DNA of 64,000 bases, from the NCBI GenBank assembly GCA_036785375.1, contig JAWMAR010000185.1, positions 4,650,001 through 4,714,000 of the forward strand. Reading direction: 5' to 3'. Shown here in pieces: positions 25,467 to 37,298 of this stretch. The position numbers and the translations under genes were made by a program. The stretch comes from Leucoraja ocellata. Taxonomy: Eukaryota. The notes below the pieces were generated by a model. That model was not told the origin of the DNA. It searched no databases and saw only the letters and a program-made list of their open reading frames with translations. How positions within the stretch are numbered: the stretch's first letter is position 1; the number at the start of each line of letters is the position of its first letter.

Positions 25467-25626
25467 CGGTGACTGCCAATCACCACCCCCCCCCCCCCCA
25501 CCGGCCACTTATTATTATTTATTCAAATCGTTTGCTATGTCGCTCTTCCAGGGAGATGCTAAATGCATTTCGTTGTCTCTGTACTGTACACTGACAATGA
25601 CAATTAAAATTGAATCTGAATCTGAA
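25467..25626 (+). mobile_element. 3'UTR-only copy of the Rex1-like LINE at 21331
   Basis: Near-identical to 22423-22573, with a (TGAATC)n tail. Possible short TSD AACTG. Confidence 0.9.
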
Positions 25627-25923
25627 CTGATCTGCAGTTGTGACAATTTTGAAAGTTTATTTTTGGGATGAATTTCTATCCCAATGTAAATTTATTTTTT
25701 ATCTACGTTTGGGTTAATGTGGGGAGATGTTTTGCCAGTCACCAGTTGTACACAATTGAGTGTGTTCATTATATGACTCCTGTAAATGTGCAGAAAGCTA
25801 GAATTTTCTGCAAAAATGAGAGGGCCGAGGGCTTTATTCAGAGGAAGTGCAAAACAACCTTTATAAACCATTCACTGTCTCCACTGCCACGTGTAACATT
25901 AACATCCATCCTTTTATCCACAG

Positions 25924-26068
25924 TGCTGCTGGTGGTGAGATTTTTAACCAATGTATAGCTGAGCGAGAAGAGGCCTTCAAAGAAAAAGATGTCCAACGCC
26001 TCATGAGACAGATTTTGGAAGGTGTTGCTTTTCTGCACAGAAATAACGTAGTGCACCTTGATTTAAAA
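25924..26068 (+). CDS. STK17A: STK17A coding exon 3 (145 bp)
   Basis: Acceptor ccacag|T and donor AAA|gtaagt. Encodes (Y)[48 protein letters not shown], including the catalytic-loop HLDLK. Phase matches exon 2. Confidence 0.97.
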
Positions 26069-27234
26069 GTAAGTCTCACTTTATTGTAAACATTTTATGA
26101 CGACTATTGAAGTTGAAAGGAAATGTTGTCACAAGGTTGGACGCAAGCTGGCAGCTGCTTTCATATCAAATCACATGGCCATGGTCAGGAATGTGTGCAT
26201 GCTTCTATCCGTCTGTACGTTTTAACTCCTTTAATTATTTGATCAAAGCATCAACTACTGTTGTGTAAATATGGGTAAGATACTGTTCCGGAGCTCTGTT
26301 TCATTTTACACCATTGTCCTTGAGTGATTTAAATGGTGCATTTTTTTGGCTGTTAAACAGCTGGTGAATATAACCAACGGCGCAAATGGCTATGGTGCCA
26401 AACATGATTTAAAAATGTATATATTTTGGAAATTGGGGGAATATTCAAGGATAGGGAAATAAGTGAGCAGGTCCTGGGGGGAAGACTGTTCTAACTTCCT
26501 CATGAGTTAAGAAATGTGCTACTGGGAATGCCCACGAAAAGAAAAATGAGATTATACATTTTGTATAATGACAAAGTGGTATTTAAGATTAGAGTTTAGA
26601 GTAGTGTATGTACAGTGAAAAGCTTTTGTTGCGTGGTAGCCTGCTTTTGTGTGCTAACAAGTTGAGAGGGGAAAGATATAATGGGAACCTGGGGCAGTGT
26701 GGTGGGTATTTGAAGCGAGCTGCCAGAGGAAGTAGTTGTGGCAGGTACAGTAACATCTTTTAAAAGACATTTGGCTAGACAAGGTTGAGATGGATGTGGG
26801 TCAAACACAGGTAAATGGGACTAGCCCAGATGAGCATCTTGGTCGGCTTCGATGAGTTGAAGAGCCTGTTTCCGTGCTGCATAAATCTATAAGAGGATTA
26901 TTGATGCTGAAAGAGAAGCCTTGTAGTCCCTTTGCACGTAATGATTTAATTCAGAAGTGATTGGTTTTAGCAGAGGGCGGTAGTGCTGCTGCAACTGGGC
27001 AGTCGATGGCAAATCTATGTCTAGAACAGTCTGAATTGTGAAATAAGGTAACTCTCTCGAGGGAAATCAACCAGTGCTATTTTAGACCATCAAAGGTTAA
27101 TTGCTGGTAGACAAAAATGCTGGAGAAATTCAGTGGAATTCATGTAAATTAATGGGCATTTTAATCACCTTGCGAGTGGGTTTTTGTGGAACGCGATCGA
27201 TTGGAACGTTGCAGCTGCAGTGAATTTGAACCCC

Positions 27235-28597
27235 ATATCGGCAGGATAACGGCGAAAAAATTAATACTTAAATTTTGGAAACACACTGTTAAGATGTGGA
27301 TTACAAACATGTCCGAGACACTACATCTTGAAAATATTAGACTTGTCTTGGCAGAAAAACCAATTAACTTTTCCAAGACATGGACACCCTTCACCGAATT
27401 CTTACAAGGATAGTATGGGCGCAACACAACTTTGGATTTAAATCCAACTATGGGTTGGGTGAGGTGGGTGGGGAGGGACAAGAGGCAGGTATATCACCAC
27501 TTTTTTCTCTCTTTTTCTTTTTTTAATTTTCTTTCTTTTACCCACTCTTTGGCTACACTACTTTGGTAGTCTAGGGGTCCTATCTTTGCACCTCTCACTT
27601 TTTCTCTCTCTTGTTCTTTCTCTTTTTCTCTATTTTAAAGTTATAAAGTTAAAATTGAAGCTGTACATCTATCTTCTATATATCTATAAAACACTGTGCC
27701 TGACGACTGGCTGCCTTTCTGCCTTTTGATTCATGCCCAATACTCGCAGGTGTCCAATCGGAACGGCCGATGCTCGCAGATGTCCAATCGGAATGGCCGA
27801 TGCTCTCAGGTGTCCAATCGGAATGGATCCTTTTACTTTCTTCCTTTGATTCACTGCCACGCCGAATCCAGACGCTCAATCTCCCAAGTCTTTTCCATTT
27901 CGGTGGAGATTTAGCTTTTCTTTCTAAGTATCCGCTCATTACATTTCGTCGCCTTTAAGTACACGTTTTTAATCAAATCCTTCTCCCCCCCCCCACTCAC
28001 TCATTTTGTCGCTTCCTGCTGGCCACCGACCATAACGGCTGCTGGCGCCCGCATTTCAACTTCAAGAGACGCCATTTAATTCGGCCTTTCAAGAACGGCT
28101 TCAGTTCGAGGACCATGTCTCCCGTGGGGGCTGGAGGTAGGGAAGGGCTGGGTGGTTATTCTTTTCAAACTGTGTGTGTGTGGGTGGTTGGTGCGTGTGA
28201 TGCCGCCCCCCCCCAATCGCGCGTTGGCGAAACGGACCCGACTTCGCCTACTTCAAGAGACGCTATTTTAAAACGGCCGGGACCCGACTTCGACGACCAC
28301 GTCTCCCATGGGGGCTAGACGTAGGGAACGGCTGCGTTGGAGGGTTCTCCTTTTAAAACTGTGTGTGTGGGGGTGCTTGGTGTGTGTGATGCCGCCCCCC
28401 CCCCCCCCCCCCCCCCCCGCAATTGCACGTTGGGGTCGAGGCCCACGTCTCCCGTGGGGGCTCCGGGTAGGGGACAGCTGCGTTGGGGTAGCAGACCCAA
28501 CGGGTCTGCCGTTGGTCTAGTTAACTATAATTTTATATGCCCATTGTTCTACTCTTGTACATTTGCTTCTAATAAATAAAAAAAGAAAAAGAAAAAA
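27235..28597 (+). mobile_element. L1 3' end fragment interrupted by a Helitron
   Basis: ITAKKLILKFWK..KMWITNMSETLHLENIRLVLAEK..FSKTWTPFTEFLQG*. The 3'UTR resumes at 28521 and ends AATAAA plus A-tail. Confidence 0.85.
27668..28520 (+). mobile_element. Non-autonomous Helitron (853 bp)
   Basis: Host A|T insertion with no TSD, 5' TC, 3' CTAG, and hairpin GCAGACCC-AAC-GGGTCTGC (28491-28509) 7 nt before CTAG. Contains an internal 30-bp x3 minisatellite at about 27743-27830. Confidence 0.88.
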
Positions 28598-29159
28598 GCT
28601 TTTGCATCTTCTGCCTGATGAGCGAGGGGAGAAGCCACAAATCTCTACAATTTCTTGAGGTATTGCGTGAGCCCTTCTCGGGGATCATTCATAATCATAC
28701 TTTATTAGCCAAGTATGTTTTGCAACATACGAGGAATTTGATTGGCCATAGTCATACCAATAAAAAGCAACAAAACACACAAAATACATTTTAACATAAA
28801 CATCCACCACAGTGGCTCCTCCACATTCCTCACTATAATGGAAAACGAAAAAAAAGTTCAATCTCGTCCCTTCTTTGTCCTTCCGCGGTCGGGGGCCTCA
28901 AACCTTCTCAAGTTGTGATGCATCTTGATAAGATGCTTTCTATGGTGCATAGAAGTGGGAGACATGCTGAATGCCCTTCATTTTCTGAGGATGTTGACGC
29001 ATCGGTGTGCTGTCATGGCCGTGGTTGTCCAGGACAAATTGTTGGTGACATGAGATAATTATCTACAACCTTGCAAAGAATGTACTTAATCCTCTAGTTC
29101 TTGTATTGAAATGTTTACATTGTGTAAGACCTTCATTCCAACCATATCTCGGAGGTTGC

Positions 29160-29640
29160 AGTTATGCCTTGGAGTCAGAAGCTTGTAGGTTCAAGCATGA
29201 TTGTAGACATGCAAGCACACATCACAGTTCAAAACATTGGTGTAACACTGAGTTAGGGTTATGGCCATAGAGGTGCCGCCATTTAAATTAAATATTTGTG
29301 GCGTCACCTGATGGTCAGACCACTTACTGTTGAACCCTCATCAGTGGTTATGAGGACTGTCACGTGACGTCATGGGTTAAGGAGAGTGTCCTGCTACATC
29401 AGCACATCTTACTTTTGGATCAACAGTCAACAGGTAGCTGAGCTTGAGTCAACACCCTCGCTCAGCAGCAGCAGCAATGACTCAATATGTTAGAGAGTCC
29501 CAACGCACATAATGTCAAACTTATCTCATTGAATAAAGTAATCGGTTGACCACAAAGTTTGGACTCTCTACAAATTAGACATATTTATTCCAGGGTTCTC
29601 TGAACTAGAGTAGTTTTCCCATGTGTTGGCAAAACTTGGC
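29160..29640 (+). mobile_element. Old DeuSINE/SacSINE1-like SINE interrupted by a solo LTR
   Basis: ggagtcagaagcttgtaggttcaag (B-box-like) followed by actgag...gaggtgccgcc resembles the shark Deu-domain SINE consensus as I recall it. Confidence 0.45.
29297..29581 (+). mobile_element. Solo LTR (Gypsy-like), 285 bp
   Basis: TGT...ACA termini, 4-bp TSD TATT (29293-96 and 29582-85), and internal AATAAA at 29532. Confidence 0.6.
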
Positions 29641-30499
29641 AACTTTGGGAACTCCTGCTCCCTTTTAAGCAATATCGTGATTTTTGAGGGTTTTTTCATT
29701 TGTTTTCCAAACCCTGCACTGTTTTGTCCTTCCTATTTCTGAAATGTCTACCACTTTTATAAACCTTGATTATTTTTGTACTCCAATTTCACTCGCCAGA
29801 ATCTTTATTCATAACTACTGCTGTGCCTTCAGTATTTGGTCCTACAAGGAGATAATTGTGCAGTGTTCCAATGAAGAACCGTGGATCTGCATATCATGGC
29901 AAAGGTGCAACATGTCACTGCTGCCATTGTCATCCTTCCTCACTTCCTTCACTAGCATCATCGTCGTCCTGCTTTCCAACAGGTCCCAGGTAGCAGATGT
30001 GGATATAACATTAATGCAGTAGTTAAATTAGAAGATCTGCATTAACAATCCAGGGACTGAGATCCCCAACATGCTCGCAAATTAATTGCAATTAATAATT
30101 TGGATTTTTTTTTAAATGACTCTCCATTAATAATAATGAATAAAAAATACTTCCGAGTCTGAACAAGGGTCTCTGTCCAAAACGTCACCCATTCCTTCTC
30201 TCCAGAGATGCTGCCTGACCCGCTGAGTTACTCCAGCATTTTGTGTCTACCTTCGATTTAAACCAGCATCTGCAGTTCTTTCCTACACATACTTCTGAGA
30301 TTACTGTGTGCTCATCTGGTTCACTGATTTTATTTAAATCTATTGTGCTTCCTGATTGTCTTGAGGCCCAAAACACACGTTGTTTGCTCAGCCCTTTAGT
30401 TGTATCCTTACTGCCATGTTAAAAAAAAGATAAAAAGATATGGGCCATTGAACCTTACAAAGACTCACTCACGGATATGGGAGCTTGTATCTGAATTGG

Positions 30500-33100
30500 G
30501 AGATTCATGGCTAGCATCCTGACATAGTCTTACTCAATGAATTCTACGTTGCATAGTGTCCCACGTTCCTCTCGCACAATCACTGCAGAGATGGTGCCTT
30601 GATTTGCAGGCAAGAGAGAGTATTCCTGGTTGTCTTCAACATTTTGCATCAGATGCCCCTTTTGGTGGTGAATCTGGTAGAAGCCCTTGTGGAGTCTAAA
30701 ATCCTGAATTTATATTGAAGATACCACCCATTGGTACCACAGTCGTCCTTAATAGGATAAGGTCAACTGATCTGACATCTCCGAACTGACCATCTGAGGC
30801 ACTATGACATTAATCTGCAGCAGAAATACACACCATTGTAAACTGCAATTTAATGAATCTACATATTCTCCCCTCTACTTGTTGACCAGGGAATCAACCC
30901 TGGTTGTGCGAGGTGTACAGAGCAGGGTATATGGGGAGTTAATGTACCTTACAATGAGGTGCGGATGGTGAACAGCCATACCAGCAGGCAAGCAATCCCA
31001 TGACCTGTGGATCGGGTCAAAACCCTGCAGTTCTAGCACATCCAATCATGAACGGTGGTGAGCAATCAAATAGCTAATGAGAGGTTATGGCTTCAAGAAC
31101 CTTCTCAACAACATCAGGCATGTGAGCACCAAAGAAGTCCAGGAAGCATTCGCAACTAGTATTGCTAGAAGTGCCGAGTAGATGATTCATTTTGGTTTCC
31201 TTCTGAAATTCCCCACCAATATGGAAGGTGGTCTTCATCCCATTGATTCACTCCACTGAATACCAGGAAATGACTGAGAGCACAGGATACAACAAAAGCT
31301 AATGGGACAGGACAACATCCCTCTTGTGCTCTGTATGACTAGTCAAGCTGAAGCAGTACTTGACATTGTAGAAAATTGTCTGTGTTCATAAAAAGTAGGA
31401 CAAATCCAATCTGGCTCATTTCCACACACTAGGATCAGCAAAGTGATGGAAGGTGCCTTCGATGATGGCTTCAGACATAACTCTGTGTAGCTCAGCTGGG
31501 GTTCGCCCAACCTTATGCTGGTCTAGAGTACATCACAGCCCTGGTCTAAACATGCATCGAGAGCTGAATTCTGGAGATGAGAAAAATATTGAGGAAGCAT
31601 TTGACTAATTGTAACACTAGAGTCATAATGAAACTAAAACTGAAATCAAGGGAAATAAATGCAATGAATGGAGTCGTAGCTTGCACAAGGGAAGATAGTT
31701 GGAGGCCAGTTATTCAGGCCACATAATCCTGGGGGCGGATGTCTGACCATTTTCAGCTGGTTCACCTGCTACTACGTTTCCATCATAATGTCAGAAGTGG
31801 GGATCTCTACTGTTGATGCTCCATTTGCAACTTCAACAAATGAAACAGTCCATGCCTACATGAAAGAAACCTAGACGGCATCCAGTAGCAATTAATAATT
31901 ATGCTATAAAATGTCAGGCCACAACCATCTCCAACAAGAGAGAGTCTGAACGCCAACCTTTGACATTCAATGGCCAAGTTCCCCCCTATCAATAACCAGA
32001 AACTAAACTGGAGCAGTTGCACAAATACTTTTTACAAGAGTAGGTATAAGCCAGGTATTCACAGGATCACAAGTTATAGGAGTAGAATTAGGCCATCTGG
32101 CTCATCAGGTCTACTCCGCCATTCACTCATGGCTGATCTCTGCCTCCTAATCTCATTTTCCTGCATTCTCCCCATAACCCTCAGCACCTGTTCTAATCAA
32201 GAATTCGTCGATCACTGCCTTAAAACTTGTCTATCCACTGATTTGGCCTCCACAGCCCTCTGTGGCAATGAGTTCCACAGATTAACTACCTTCTGATGAA
32301 ATAAGTTCCTCCTCACCTTTTAAAATAGTGCTCTTTAATTCTGAGACTATGACCTCTGATCCTAGTCTCTCCCTCCAGTGGAAACATCCTTTCCACTTCC
32401 ACTCTACCTTTGCCTTTCATTATTCTGTAAATTTCAATGAGGACCCCCCCCCCCCCCCCAGCCTTCTAAACTCGAGCGAGTAGCGGCCCAATGCTGTAAA
32501 GCGCTCATCATATATTAACCCACTCATTCCTGGAATAATTCTTGTAAATCTCCTCTGGACCCTCACCAGTGCCAGCATAAACCTGCTCGGATATGGGGCC
32601 CAAATCTGCTTACGGTACTGTATTCTGCAGTGAGACTTGCCTTCCCAATATCTACAAGGTGCATTATGAGCATGATGAACTACGCTCCACTTGCCTGGAT
32701 GCTCTAACTCTTGAAGCTTAACCCATTTGAGACCGAGCAGCTTCTAATTATCTACCACTCTAAACATTTATACCTCCTCCCTCCATAGCCTATGATTGAC
32801 TGGTTCTGTAAAATGCATGGTACTTTTTCAACTAGACTGTTCCGATAGTATTTCCCAAAATCACATCTGCTCTCACCAAGATGGACGAGGGCAGCAGGCA
32901 CATCACCACCTCTAATGACTCTTCTGATTTGCACAACACCCTGACTTAGAATTGTAACAGCATTTCTTTGTTCCCAGATCAAAGTCATTGCAGGAACGTG
33001 CTACCCAACAAGACATAGTACTTTTCCCAGAAAGATTATAATCAAGGAGGTGCTCAACGCCTCTTTTATTGAGGCAATTTAAAGATATGGAATGAATATT
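30500..33100 (+). mobile_element. Ancient decayed LINE (L2/Daphne/Crack-like) with a nested minus-strand CR1 3' end at about 32065-32620
   Basis: Relics of KA.G.DNIP, HKK.DKSN and FR......ITALV.T in broken frames. Confidence 0.45.
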
Positions 33101-33166
33101 GGGTTTGGTAGCAAGGTGTACATCCAAAAAATAAGCTGTTGTTTTGTGTATTCTATTAGAGCAAAA

Positions 33167-33375
33167 AGACAATAGGTGTAGTAGTAGGCCATTTGGCCCT
33201 TTGAGCCAGCACCGCCATTCAATAGATAATAGGTGCAGGAGTAGGCCATTCGGCCCTTCGAGCCAGCACCGCCATTCAATGTGATCATGGCTGATCATCC
33301 ACAATCAGTACTCCGTTCCTGCCTTCTCTCCATATACCTTAACTCTGCTATCACTAAAAGCTCTATCTAACTCTA
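33167..33375 (-). mobile_element. CR1 3' terminus with its last about 55 bp duplicated
   Basis: Two tandem copies of aataggtg..gtaggccatt.ggccct..gagccagcaccgccattcaat. Confidence 0.8.
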
Positions 33376-35197
33376 AAAAGGAAACAACATAGTGGAAAGA
33401 TTCAGCACTAATTCACTCATAGTAATTATACCAAATGCTGAAAAATGAAGGATTTTCGTTTTGCTTAATCTAAGGTTTTAGGAGTGAAATTATGAAAATC
33501 TTTGTGATTGGGAAATGTAATGATGGATTACTTTCACTGAAACAAAATGAGAACTAGCAGATAACGATCCAAAGTTGCAATTTACGTTGTCGTTGGAACG
33601 TTAGCAGACTATCTTTGATCAGACTTTACTGACTTTACCTTGCACAAAATGTTATTCCCTTATGTATCTATACACTGTAAATGGTTCTTTTGTAATCCAG
33701 TCTTATCGCTGACTGGTTAGCACACAACAAATGTTTTCACTGTACTTCTGTATGCATGACAATAACAAAACTGAACTGAAATACTTTGCCACAATAAAAT
33801 TGACTTAATTTCTTGTTTGAATACTGAACTATACTTGTAGAGAAAACATTGAGGGGGAGAGAGTGTGCAGGGGATAGTTGAAGTGGTTCAAACAGAAGAA
33901 AACATCAGACCTGACGGATTAAATGCCTGGTTTCGCATAAATAACAGTTATTCTATAATTACTTTGTGTTAAAGCCCCCGATGGTGACTAAGTGAGTGTG
34001 TATAGAATATTCACGCAGTATATGAAGAGGAAACCAAACACATAATTTTACTTCTCAGATGCCCTGGGTCAAAAAGTGATTTCTATAATATACAATATTC
34101 ATATTTATCCCTGCATTTATGTTATATGCTACTGGAAAAATATAAATATTCAAAATCATTGATGAACCAAATTGTTTTCTGCATCAAAGATAGACACAAA
34201 ATGCGGGTGTAACTGAGTAGGTCAGGCAGCATCTCTGGAGGAAATATATAGGTGATGTTTCAGATCTGGACTCTTTTTCGGTCACTATAAAGCTGACCGG
34301 TTGAATGTAAAATTTGCGCATTTTAAACTTAGAAAAAAACTGATGGCAATTAAGAATTAGAAGACCCTAAATACGTAGCATGTATTTCCATAGGTTACTA
34401 TGAATTTGAAGGCAGAAATGGATAAAATAAAAATACCTTTTGTACAATCTGTGGAAGCCAATGTCACAGGCTAAATTACAGGATATAAAAAGCATAGTGA
34501 GTGGATGATTATCATTTGTATTTGACCAATCAACTAACTGCTGTTTATTTGTAACCTTGGTAGGGCACTATAATTATATGGGAACAGGACTGGGGCATTG
34601 TAATGCTTGAAGTTGTTTTTCCATTTAAGTTCCTGACTTGACACCTAACCTAATTCTGTGCCTGCCATATTCCTCGAGAAATGAAAAACAATTAATCTCA
34701 TATTTTAAATGACTAAATGAACAGATACCTGCTCTTGTTTAGGAGGGGAACACCATACCGCTATCGTCCTTTGTACGAAGAATTATTTTTTAAATTTCCA
34801 GTGACCTGTTTTTTTTAAGTTGCGTTTTCTCCCCCCCCCACCCACCAAGACAATCCCACCAGCTGAAAGACTTCCAGCTATGACACAGATTCTTTCCAAA
34901 ATTCACAAAAATTCTAATTAAATTGCCCATTAACCTTATGGTTATTATTCGAGAGAAGTTGATTGCATTTTACATAAGGTTTTTGTAAAGTACCCCTGGA
35001 GGTCTGGTCCATCTTCGCTGCATTTCCAAGACAAATATAAATATTTTATAGTTCAGTCTGATCCAAGCTCAAGAACTGAGAAAAAGGTATTACAGATAGA
35101 TTATCATTGATGTTATTTATTTGGGCAACATGGGACTAAGCATAGTATCCAGAGCAAAGTGTTTATTTAAAAATCCTAACAATTGTTTCACTACTCA

Positions 35198-35528
35198 AAA
35201 GCTTTTCCCACTGAGAGTAGGGAAGATTCAAACAAGGGGACATGACATGAGAATTAAGGGACTGAAGTTTAGGGGTAACATGAGGGGGAACTTCTTTACT
35301 CAGAGAGTGGTAGCTGTGTGGAATGAGCTTCCAGTGAAGGTGGTGGAGGCAGGTTCGTTTTTATCATTTAAAAATAAATTGGATAGTTATATGGATGGGA
35401 AGGGAATGGAGGGTTATGGTCTGAGCGCAGGTATATGGGACTAGGGGAGATTATGTGTTCGGCATGGACTAGAAGGGTCGAGATGGCCTGTTTCCGTGCT
35501 GTAATTGTTATATGGTTATATGGTTATT
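35198..35528 (+). mobile_element. CR1 3' fragment
   Basis: KLFPLRVGKIQTRGH..FFTQRVVAVWNELP..FKNKLD, with a (TATATGGT)-type tail. Confidence 0.8.
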
Positions 35529-35679
35529 AGATGGTCTCCAGTCAGTGGGGAAACAAGGTCTAATAACTTAAACAGAGAGATGCAAGATACTGCAAATGTT
35601 GTAATTTTGTGCAAAACAACAAAGTGCTGGACGAACAAAGGGTCAGGCAGCATCTGTTGAGGGAATGGGGTCAAGAGTT

Positions 35680-36730
35680 CAATTGTCATATGTACTGAAA
35701 TAAATAATGTAATAAACAAGAAAAAAGTTCAAAAAAAATTCAGTGCAAAACTAAAGTTCAAAGTCCCTACAGCAACCAAGGCAATGTGTAGTTTGATGCT
35801 TAGTTGGTGTTTGTAATGTTCCATAGCCTGATGGTTATTGGGAAGAAGCGATTCCTGTACCTAGAGGTCCTGATGGCAGGAGTGCAATTGGAGAGTTACC
35901 AGGGTGGTGTGGGTCCATGATAATTGCAGCTGCCTTTCTGAAACCATGCATCATAGATCCCTTCGATGGTGGGGAGGTCAGTACCTTTGATGGACTGGAT
36001 TGGGCAGTGCCCACCGCTTTTTGATTTCTCCTTCATTCCCGGATGTTCAATGTGCCGTGATGCAGCTAGCCAATGTGCTCTATACCACACATCTGTAGAG
36101 GTTCAAGGGAGTATTTGTCGCCACACAAAATCTCATGAATCTTAAAAGGAAGTAGAGGCATTGATGTACTTTCCTTATGATTGCATCAATATGCTGGGTC
36201 TAGGACAGGTCTTCAGAGATGTGCACGCCCAGGAATTTGAAGTTGTTCACTGTCCACACCGCTAATGGCGGGTTTGTGGATCCTTGGCCACTGCCTTCTA
36301 AAGTCAGCCATCGGATACTTGGTTTTACTGACGGTGTGTGCAAGGTTGTTGTTCTGGCACCATTCAATCAGACAATCAATATGACCCATCATTACCTGGA
36401 ATTTGTCCAACAACAATGATGTCGGCTAATTTAAAGATGGAGTTGTAATTGTATCTGGCTTGTCATGAGTATAGAGTGAGTAGAATAGGGGACTGAGCAG
36501 AGTCTTGAGGTACCCCTGTGCTGATGGCTGTCGAGGAGAGTGTTGCCAATTCGTACCGATTGTGTTCTGATGATGATCCAGTTGCAAAGGGATGTGCAGG
36601 GACCATGTTCTCCGAGCTTGATAACCCGTTTGAAGGGGATGATGGTCTTGAACACCAAGCTGCAGTCGATGAATATCAGCTTGATGTATGTTTTTATTGT
36701 CCAGGTGGTCCAGTGAAGTGCCAATGAGAC
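35680..36730 (-). mobile_element. Old Rex1-like LINE fragment
   Basis: IKLIFIDCSLVFKTIIP..SLCNWI and WCQNNNLA..VSKTK...DFRR. Confidence 0.7.
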
Positions 36731-36741
36731 AATAGACTTGC

Positions 36742-37195
36742 AATGTTCAGGTTGGGACCTTTCTTCAGACTGTTCAGTAGGTTGGAGAAAGATGGAAAGG
36801 AGAGGTTGTAGCGGGACTAGTCCTTGCTAGTGATACGTGGGTGCAGGTGAAGGGGTTTTGACTGGCAAATGGGTGGAAAAAGTGACCAAGGCTAAAGATG
36901 AAATGGAGACAAAAGGGTATCAGATGAGGAAAAGAGGTTTGAAATGTAAAGCCAGAGGGAGGGATATGAGTGTATGGAGATGGAGAATGGAGGTTTAAAG
37001 ACCTCCCAGCAAATAGGAGCTGTGGAAGATGCACATCTGGAGAAATGTGTGCACTCTGGGTAATGTGGGGAGAGGGCAAAGGGGGTTTTATTTAAAATTG
37101 TAAAATTCAATGTTCATACTGTTGGGTTATAGGCTACCCAAGAGGAATCTGATCTCATTCTGACAATGGAGGAATTTGATCTCACTCTGACAAAC
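36742..37195 (-). mobile_element. Penelope-like fragment
   Basis: Minus-strand LG.L.P..MNIEF C-terminal relic and terminal cagtctgaagaaaggtcccaacctgaac. A related plus-strand GIY-YIG C-terminal fragment (DLPVTQHFNSP..LEEQHLIFCLG) lies at about 40310-40545. Confidence 0.55.
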
Positions 37196-37298
37196 TGTGA
37201 GTTCCAGCAGGCCTTAGCACAGACAGTACACGTGTTCAAACAACATAGTTGCAGTGCAGTGCGCTAAATATATTGTGTACATTCATTGTTAGAATGAA

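Noticed and set aside
27743-27830. 30-bp x3 repeat as a CRISPR array
   Set aside because: Units are contiguous with no unique spacers and there are no cas genes. It is a minisatellite within a Helitron.
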